Shown in pieces: positions 1 through 4,620 of a DNA stretch of 19,886 nt (its first letter is position 1; every line of letters begins with the position of its first letter). This DNA comes from a virus. Under the pieces are notes generated by a model. That model was not told where the DNA came from, searched no databases, and saw only the letters and a program-made list of their open reading frames with translations. The position numbers were made by a program, and so were the translations under genes. The stretch is from the IMG/VR virus record IMGVR_UViG_3300045988_066286; one strand, given 5' to 3'.

Positions 1-111
1 GTGGGAGGGGTGTGGGTGTGTGTGAAGATTTTCCCACGTGGTTTTTTTTATTTGTGTATTATTTTTTTTTGTTCTGTGATCTCGTTGTCACTTTGTTTTG
101 TTTACGCCTCT

Positions 112-140
112 ATTATATTTTTTTTGCGCTTGCCTGTCAA
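112..140 (-). promoter_or_regulatory. Perfect consensus sigma-A/sigma-70 promoter facing the left genome end
   Basis: The minus strand reads TTGACA (140-135), a 17-nt spacer, then TATAAT (117-112). The predicted start is near nt 105, and transcription would run off the end at nt 1. Confidence 0.6.
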
Positions 141-149
141 GTTTTTTTA

Positions 150-165
150 TTTCGGGCGTGTCGTT
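150..165. repeat. 16-nt direct repeat TTTCGGGCGTGTCGTT, copy 1 (candidate protein-binding site)
   Basis: Identical to 290-305; the match extends to 20/21 over 150-170 vs 290-310. It lies between the divergent -35 boxes at 135-140 and 174-179. The mirrored copy is at 19722-19737. Confidence 0.8.
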
Positions 166-173
166 TTTTTTTA

Positions 174-202
174 TTGACACTGTGTCAATGGTTGTATATA
201 CA
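174..202 (+). promoter_or_regulatory. Inward-facing ITR promoter (P-in), left copy
   Basis: Consensus -35 TTGACA at 174-179. The -10 candidates are TATATA (195-200, 15-nt spacer) or TATACA (197-202, 17-nt spacer). It overlaps the palindromes TTGACActgTGTCAA (174-188) and GTTGTATATACAAC (191-204). The -10 is imperfect. Confidence 0.45.
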
Positions 203-240
203 ACAATCTGTGTTTGACTAAGTTACGGTAACGTAACCGT

Positions 241-277
241 AGCTATCGGCCGTTCGGTGGCTGTCTTTTATTTTTTT
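241..277 (+). terminator. Intrinsic-terminator-like hairpin + T-tract inside ITR-L
   Basis: The stem 241-249/254-262 is 9 bp (4 GC, 2 AU, 3 G.U, so it pairs well only as + strand RNA) with loop CCGT. It is followed by GTCTTTTATTTTTTT. A 6-bp hairpin TACGGT/ACCGTA (224-241) precedes it. Confidence 0.5.
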
Positions 278-289
278 GCTTCATTTTGT

Positions 290-305
290 TTTCGGGCGTG
301 TCGTT
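290..305. repeat. 16-nt direct repeat TTTCGGGCGTGTCGTT, copy 2
   Basis: Exactly 140 bp downstream of copy 1 and just upstream of the extended -10 box at 316-324. The mirrored copy is at 19582-19597. Confidence 0.8.
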
Positions 306-315
306 GTTTTGTTTG

Positions 316-324
316 TGTTATGAT
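316..324 (+). promoter_or_regulatory. Extended -10 box TGtTATGAT upstream of the first gene (mirror copy at 19563-19571, minus strand)
   Basis: TGnTATGAT with no convincing -35. It sits about 35 nt upstream of the ATG at 358. Confidence 0.35.
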
Positions 325-357
325 GTAGTTATCAACTTCAAGGGAAAGGAAAATAAA

Positions 358-588
358 ATGAACACCGTTGTTTCGTTTGATTGGTGGCACAAGGACGTCA
401 CGGTTGCGTTCACTGATTACAATACCGCGCATTACTTCTCAATGGGCAATGCCTCAACCGTCAAGGGCGTGAAGGAGCGTATGCGTCGTGAGCTGCGTAG
501 GACGACTGGTGTGGAATTGTCTAATCTGAAGTACTGGAAAACGGACGGTTCTGTTGACTACTATCGGGCCAACCGGAAGGGAGAATGA
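358..588 (+). CDS. Early protein, paralogue family A (76 aa), unknown function
   Basis: The start was moved from the ORF-track 286 to ATG 358 because of the SD AAGGAAA 7 nt upstream. The promoter, UTR, SD and ATG all lie within the ITR. About 11/20 N-terminal identities to the next gene. Confidence 0.7.
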   Translation: MNTVVSFDWWHKDVTVAFTDYNTAHYFSMGNASTVKGVKERMRRELRRTTGVELSNLKYWKTDGSVDYYRANRKGE

Positions 589-590
589 TG

Positions 591-839
591 ATGGCAAATA
601 AAATGAATACCGTGATAGTCATTAGTTGGTGGGCTAAAACAGCTGTTGTTTTCTTCACTGATATTGATGATTTTTACATGCTGGACATTGGAAAGAACAG
701 AACTCTTCGAGGTGCTAAGTCTTATATCCGCAGAGAAGTATTTGGCAAGCATGGTATCACGCTCTTTCGTATGAGACGTGTGAAGGACACGCCTCCGGTT
801 ACGTTTTTGCTTGCCAAGCGTGTTGAAAAGGAGAATTGA
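591..839 (+). CDS. Early protein, paralogue family A (82 aa), unknown function
   Basis: MNTVIVISWWAKTAVVFFTD aligns with MNTVVSFDWWHKDVTVAFTD of the preceding gene. The SD GGAAGGGAG ends 7 nt before ATG 591. Alternative starts are 585, 588 and 603. Confidence 0.65.
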   Translation: MANKMNTVIVISWWAKTAVVFFTDIDDFYMLDIGKNRTLRGAKSYIRREVFGKHGITLFRMRRVKDTPPVTFLLAKRVEKEN

Positions 840-840
840 T

Positions 841-909
841 ATGTTCGCTTCTGTCCTTGTTGTCTGCGCGTGTGTTGTTGGTGTTGTTGTCGTTTTTGGC
901 ATGATATAG
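841..909 (+). CDS. 22-aa hydrophobic micro-peptide (MFASVLVVCACVVGVVVVFGMI)
   Basis: AAGGAG lies 7 nt upstream of ATG 841. This ORF is below the ORF-track size cut-off, and its small size makes it uncertain. Confidence 0.4.
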   Translation: MFASVLVVCACVVGVVVVFGMI

Positions 910-912
910 GAG
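883..912. repeat. About 30-nt direct repeat GTTGTTGTCGTTT(TT)GG(C/T)ATGATATAGG(A/G)G, copy 1
   Basis: It recurs at 1124-1151 with a 2-nt indel and a few mismatches. Each copy ends in the SD of a small membrane-protein gene. Confidence 0.8.
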
Positions 913-917
913 TTCTT

Positions 918-1118
918 ATGTTTGGTGTAATACAGTTTCTTCTTTGCTTGACAGGGTTCGTCGGTTGTTTGGCTGCTATCGTCCTTATGATATTCACGAC
1001 TAAGGAGCTTTGGCCGTGCAGTATTTGGGAGATTTTGCTTCTTGTTCTTTTTGTAATTGTGCTGTGTTTGTGCGCTGCTTTGTTTGTGTGCTTAAGCGTG
1101 GTACGGATTACAGTCTGA
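918..1118 (+). CDS. Small 2-TM membrane protein, family B (66 aa)
   Basis: TAGGAG lies 5 nt upstream of ATG 918, which is internal to ORF 870..1118. There are two hydrophobic stretches. Confidence 0.6.
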   Translation: MFGVIQFLLCLTGFVGCLAAIVLMIFTTKELWPCSIWEILLLVLFVIVLCLCAALFVCLSVVRITV

Positions 1119-1123
1119 TAGGC

Positions 1124-1151
1124 GTTGTTGTCGTTTGGTATGATATAGGGG
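1124..1151. repeat. Direct repeat copy 2 (see 883-912)
   Basis: Same motif, preceding the gene at 1163. Confidence 0.8.
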
Positions 1152-1162
1152 TGGTTGCTTTG

Positions 1163-1348
1163 ATGGTCTTCCGGTTCGTTGGATGCGCGATTTTGTTTTT
1201 CGCGCTCGTGGTGGGTATTTCTCTTGCTGTTGTCGGCTTGAGTGATGTCACGCATGATGATTTTCGTGACGTGATGTCTTTTATTGCCATCACAGAGACA
1301 TTGTGTTTGGTTGCCGCCGCTCTACTCGTTTTTCTTTATGGCATATGA
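1163..1348 (+). CDS. Small 2-TM membrane protein, family B (61 aa)
   Basis: ATG 1163 is internal to ORF 1010..1348 and follows the repeated GGGGTGG SD-like box. There are two hydrophobic stretches. The upstream part of the ORF overlaps the previous gene. Confidence 0.55.
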   Translation: MVFRFVGCAILFFALVVGISLAVVGLSDVTHDDFRDVMSFIAITETLCLVAAALLVFLYGI

Positions 1349-1366
1349 TCGGAAAGGGTGATTAAA

Positions 1367-1612
1367 ATGCGTTATGGTGATATTCGTGTTGGAAAATTCA
1401 ACAGCCCCCATATGGGGGGTGACGTGCGTATCGAATACTGCACGCATCAACAGTTGTTTTATCTGACGTATAACGTGGAGTTTCATACGCCTATCGGCTT
1501 GACCGATGGAGTCGCGCGATGTGGCTATGATCCTACAAAGTCGAATGAAATACGTGCTATGGTGCTGGACGCTATGGATATTGCATCCAAACCGCTTAAG
1601 GATAGGAGTTGA
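1367..1612 (+). CDS. Early protein, family C (81 aa), unknown function
   Basis: The SD GGAAAGGG lies 8 nt upstream of ATG 1367. The shared GDV..Y core and C-terminal PL.DR motif match the next gene. Confidence 0.6.
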   Translation: MRYGDIRVGKFNSPHMGGDVRIEYCTHQQLFYLTYNVEFHTPIGLTDGVARCGYDPTKSNEIRAMVLDAMDIASKPLKDRS

Positions 1613-1613
1613 T

Positions 1614-1841
1614 ATGTCTTTGGATAAAAAATATAAGGTTGCCGTATTTCCATCTCGATATGTGGACGGTGATGTTGTTTTATGGTATTCGCCTTCGTGT
1701 TGTATGTACACGTTGCGGTATGCGACGGATAGCGAAGGCATGAAGTCGCATGTGTATGGTGATGGATGCTATAGAGAGCTTGCGGCCATCGTTATTGATG
1801 GCTCCAGGATTGCCTGCACGCCATTGGAGGATAGAGAGTAG
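1614..1841 (+). CDS. Early protein, family C (75 aa), unknown function
   Basis: TAGGAG lies upstream of ATG 1614. The previous stop ends at 1612, so the two genes are tightly coupled. Confidence 0.6.
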   Translation: MSLDKKYKVAVFPSRYVDGDVVLWYSPSCCMYTLRYATDSEGMKSHVYGDGCYRELAAIVIDGSRIACTPLEDRE

Positions 1842-1843
1842 TC

Positions 1844-2047
1844 ATGTATTTTCGCGGTTGGATACACTCATGGGTGTGCGGTACGTGTCCGGACGCCGAT
1901 AGTTATTGGAGGTTGCGCGCGTTCTGGGCCGGAAGGCAGCATAAGCGGAGCGCCACCAATCCGCCAAAACGCTGCCCCGATCGGCAACTGTGGACGGCCA
2001 TGTGGATATATGGTGACAGTGATTTCGTTGATGAATTGGAGTTTTGA
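1844..2047 (+). CDS. Hypothetical W/C-rich protein (67 aa)
   Basis: It is coupled to the previous stop, with GAGAG upstream. The region is open in several frames on both strands, so the coding call is weak. Confidence 0.4.
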   Translation: MYFRGWIHSWVCGTCPDADSYWRLRAFWAGRQHKRSATNPPKRCPDRQLWTAMWIYGDSDFVDELEF

Positions 2048-2050
2048 AAG

Positions 2051-2227
2051 ATGTACAGCACTTTCGTCGCTCTCGCATACTTGAGGGATGCGCACAAACC
2101 TCCTATCGAAGTCGGCTACGCGTCCTCGTACAAGGACGCGTCGGACTTGATTAGACGATGGGCGGCTATCCGCTCTCACACGGAAAACATCTCATATTTT
2201 CGAGTCGAGGAACGGTATTATGTTTAG
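2051..2227 (+). CDS. Hypothetical protein (58 aa)
   Basis: ATG 2051 comes after GGAG-n9. The stop overlaps the next start (ATGTTTAG). This ORF is below the ORF-track cut-off. Confidence 0.45.
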   Translation: MYSTFVALAYLRDAHKPPIEVGYASSYKDASDLIRRWAAIRSHTENISYFRVEERYYV

Positions 2228-2735
2228 GCGCGGTGATGACAGACGGCCTATCTACCGCATGCGTGACTTTGATGACGCCATCATGGAAAGCAAACGTATC
2301 GTCCGCGCCACAAAAGGCCATAAACGTGAGCTGAACTTGAAACGTTTCGACATGGGTTTTGGCGATTTTGAAACGTGCTGCCGTGCCGTGAACATGCTAT
2401 GCGAACTGTGGCGAGATGCGCCTAGCAAATGGTTTACGCAAGCGGTTGTCATGGTGTCGCTGATTGCGGGCAGTCTGAGCACTTGGGACGGTTTGGCGAG
2501 TGCATTGTCTCGCACGTTCGACGTGGAATATTTGGACGGTTCCATCAATCCGCCTAACCTGATTGCATGGTGTGCGGTGTGTGCGGTCAAGGGCGGCACG
2601 TCGTATGACTGTTGCGCGATTTTCGACAACCCGCAAGCCAAAAATCTCATTATCGCAGTGTTCAAAAATTTTGACAGACTGGACACAAAACGATATAATG
2701 ACAATGAATTGCAAAAAATCTTACAAGGAGAATGA
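2220..2735 (+). CDS. Hypothetical early protein (171 aa)
   Basis: GAGGAA lies 8 nt upstream. It is a long ORF in a co-directional gene array, and I recognised no domain. Confidence 0.7.
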   Translation: MFRRGDDRRPIYRMRDFDDAIMESKRIVRATKGHKRELNLKRFDMGFGDFETCCRAVNMLCELWRDAPSKWFTQAVVMVSLIAGSLSTWDGLASALSRTFDVEYLDGSINPPNLIAWCAVCAVKGGTSYDCCAIFDNPQAKNLIIAVFKNFDRLDTKRYNDNELQKILQGE

Positions 2736-2739
2736 ACAC

Positions 2740-3054
2740 ATGGCTAGAACCAAAACCGACATTTTCCGCACGCGCGTTTATGCCGTGCTCAAAGGCATGG
2801 AATTGGTTGACGGCGATTTCATGGAAGCCGAACACGTTATCGACGGACGCTTGAAGGATGCACGCGCGTATTCGATTCGTGCGAAGAGACTGTTTCCGAA
2901 TTTTATCCCGCGTTCCATCAACATTTTTTCGCAAAAAGTCTCTATGAATGAGGAAACTTTTTACAAGTATGCTACTTTCGAGGAACCTAAAGAATGGAAC
3001 CCCGAAGAGCATACAAAACGACACGCCGACGTTGAAAATAATGAAGACGTGTGA
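2740..3054 (+). CDS. Possible phi29 p6-like double-stranded-DNA-binding (histone-like) protein, 104 aa
   Basis: GGAGA lies 8 nt upstream of ATG 2740, which is internal to ORF 2563..3054. Supporting points are its size, its acidic C-terminal tail, its position directly upstream of the SSB/TP/pol genes as in phi29 (6-5-3-2), and a loose by-eye resemblance to remembered p6 (..MELVDGDF.. vs ..MVMVDGEV..). The CDS itself is solid; the function is tentative. Confidence 0.35.
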   Translation: MARTKTDIFRTRVYAVLKGMELVDGDFMEAEHVIDGRLKDARAYSIRAKRLFPNFIPRSINIFSQKVSMNEETFYKYATFEEPKEWNPEEHTKRHADVENNEDV

Positions 3055-3116
3055 TATAAAAGATTTTAGGTGCAAGCCTGAAAACAAAATAACAACAATC
3101 TAGGAAAGGTTAAACA

Positions 3117-3554
3117 ATGGAAAACAACAATAATACCGCACTCGTCGCGTTCAATACCGAAAACACCGAACTCGGCACCGTCCAGCACTTCATCGACACT
3201 TCGACCCGTGAAGGCAAGATCAAGCTCTACAGCGCATTGCAGAACGCCGAAAAGCTTGACGAACATCTCAACGAGCCGCTGAACATGACGAACGCCGTCG
3301 CACAGGCTGTACAGGTGACGGACGACCAGACGGGAGAAATCTCCAACACCGTGCGCGTCATCATCGTGACCGACGACAACAAGGCGTACGCGGCCACCTC
3401 ACCGACTCTCGCCGCAGGACTTAACACCATGTTCGGCATCTTCGGCACGCCGAACACTTGGACTGAACCGCTGTGCATCAAGGTGGTTGAACGTCGTTCC
3501 CGTCGCGGCTTCAAGTTTTTCAGCATTGAGCCGGTGGATGAGGAAACCAAGTGA
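3117..3554 (+). CDS. phi29 p5-like single-stranded-DNA-binding protein (145 aa)
   Basis: By-eye alignment with remembered phi29 p5: GKIKLYSALQ ~ GQIKIFNAQ, and CIKVVERRSRRGFKFFSIE ~ FKVKVVQGTSSKGNVFFSLQ. The SD is GGAAAGG. Synteny with the TP and pol genes also fits. Confidence 0.65.
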   Translation: MENNNNTALVAFNTENTELGTVQHFIDTSTREGKIKLYSALQNAEKLDEHLNEPLNMTNAVAQAVQVTDDQTGEISNTVRVIIVTDDNKAYAATSPTLAAGLNTMFGIFGTPNTWTEPLCIKVVERRSRRGFKFFSIEPVDEETK

Positions 3555-3560
3555 ACAGCT

Positions 3561-3569
3561 TGCTATAAT
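3561..3569 (+). promoter_or_regulatory. Extended -10 box TGcTATAAT upstream of the TP-pol operon
   Basis: The same 9-mer occurs at 6048-6056. There is no good -35. Confidence 0.45.
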
Positions 3570-3591
3570 CGTTAGGTAGCGTTCGTTCATA

Positions 3592-3617
3592 GGGAGCACC
3601 CGACTTTGGGTGCTCTC
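3592..3617 (+). promoter_or_regulatory. 10-bp hairpin in the leader of the terminal-protein gene
   Basis: 3592-3601 pairs with 3608-3617 (one G.U), loop GACTTT. No T-tract follows, so it is more likely a leader or stability element, or a weak terminator for the SSB gene. Confidence 0.45.
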
Positions 3618-3639
3618 GCCATCTTAAGGACTGTGCCAT

Positions 3640-4620
3640 ATGTCTCGGAAGCAAAAGCATGTCAAGGCACGTCAGGCCGCGCAAGCACGTGCCGCCCGCA
3701 ATATCAAACAGCTTGGCACTTACTCACACTCGAATCTCGCCAAAACCGCCGACAAACAACTCGTCAATATCGCCAAAACTTTGGGTAAGGAGTGGGAGCG
3801 GCAGAAGAAACAGGCCATCGCGGAAGCGAAGGCAATCCCATATCATGCCACCGCCCTGGAAAAACCGACGAAAAAAGACTACCTGTTTGCCCAGCGCACA
3901 CCCATCACGAACGCGCAAATAGAAGCGGAACCCGTAGCGAAACGTCGCAAACTTCTGCGTCAACAGCAACGGAAAATCAATACGGCACGACGGAAGATCA
4001 ATGAATGGAACAAGGCGCAGGCCATGCCCGCGAGAAGCGTGTATGACCAGCGTGTGGCCGAGATCACCGGCACCACCGGCGAAAGTTTCGGGCGCAATCA
4101 GATCATCCCGTCAAAACTCACCGATTTTCTTCAAATGACGAACGTGCTGTCAGATGAAGCTTTCGTGCGCTCCCAATTGGAAAGCGGGCATCGTAACGAA
4201 TTGCTTGAGCAGATGCACGACGCCGCCGAAATACTGGGATTGCGCACCGAACAGAAACGCAAACCTTCCAAAAAGCGAAAAACGGGCAAGCAGAGCAAAG
4301 ACTTGTACGGCGAGCATGAATGGCCGTCATACATGAGTCGTGGCCGTTATGAGGTGTTCGAGAAAATCTTGTCCACCACGCTCGGCTCGAAACGTTTGAA
4401 ACGATTCCGTCAATTGTCGACAGCGCAAAAGAGGGCTTTTATCGAACAGACAGATGCCCCACGAATCGTGTTCGATTGGACGGTATATGACCCCGTTCGT
4501 CACGGTTTTACGTCGGTGTTTCGGGATAACAGCAAGGGTTATCAGCGTTCCCGCAAGCAGTTTGACAGGTGGATGGCGGAAGCGGGCGCGTTGGAGTTGT
4601 ACCATGACCATGCAGAATAA
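3640..4620 (+). CDS. Candidate terminal protein (326 aa, strongly basic)
   Basis: It lies immediately upstream of the protein-primed-type polymerase and overlaps it by 17 nt. It is K/R-rich. The genome has ITRs, as expected for TP-capped DNA. I saw no recognisable sequence similarity to phi29 p3. Confidence 0.5.
   Translation: MSRKQKHVKARQAAQARAARNIKQLGTYSHSNLAKTADKQLVNIAKTLGKEWERQKKQAIAEAKAIPYHATALEKPTKKDYLFAQRTPITNAQIEAEPVAKRRKLLRQQQRKINTARRKINEWNKAQAMPARSVYDQRVAEITGTTGESFGRNQIIPSKLTDFLQMTNVLSDEAFVRSQLESGHRNELLEQMHDAAEILGLRTEQKRKPSKKRKTGKQSKDLYGEHEWPSYMSRGRYEVFEKILSTTLGSKRLKRFRQLSTAQKRAFIEQTDAPRIVFDWTVYDPVRHGFTSVFRDNSKGYQRSRKQFDRWMAEAGALELYHDHAE

Larger units (their letters stand above)
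1..361. repeat. Left inverted terminal repeat (ITR-L), 361 bp
   Basis: nt 1-361 are the reverse complement of nt 19526-19886 with a single mismatch (336 vs 19551). The ORF-track twins 12..221(+) and 19666..19875(-) translate identically. ORFs 286..(+) and ..19601(-) share their first 25 residues except N/K at residue 17. Confidence 0.95.

Noticed and set aside
1-24. G-quadruplex at the G-rich terminus.
   Set aside because: There are only three runs of three or more G (3-5, 7-10, 14-16), and a canonical intramolecular G4 needs four.
12-221. 69-aa ORF in ITR-L (identical twin at 19666..19875 on the minus strand).
   Set aside because: Its F/L/C-rich low-complexity translation is a by-product of the T/G-rich repeat. 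It has no SD, and it spans the promoter elements. I treat it as non-coding origin/regulatory DNA.
286-357. N-terminal extension MFSGVSLFCLCYDVVI.FKGKENK of the two terminal ORFs (also 19530..19601).
   Set aside because: It lies in the ITR leader and has no SD. The internal ATG at 358/19529 has a well-spaced SD, and the paralogue at 591/603 begins at the equivalent MNTV.
1844-2227. Possible TGA read-through or recoding joining 1844..2047 and 2051..2227, which are in the same frame and separated only by TGA-AAG. I also considered that the multi-frame-open 1842-2180 region might be a structured RNA.
   Set aside because: TGA clearly terminates many well-supported genes here (capsid, tail knob, holin, endolysin), so an alternative genetic code is unlikely. 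The second ORF has its own ATG and SD-like GGAG. I could not find a convincing long-range helix. This is a low-confidence region, left as two small CDSs.
4454-4603. Upstream part of the polymerase ORF as given in the track.
   Set aside because: It lies entirely inside the better-supported upstream CDS (3640..4620) in another frame. A GGAG-7-ATG start at 4604 gives a sensible polymerase N-terminus.
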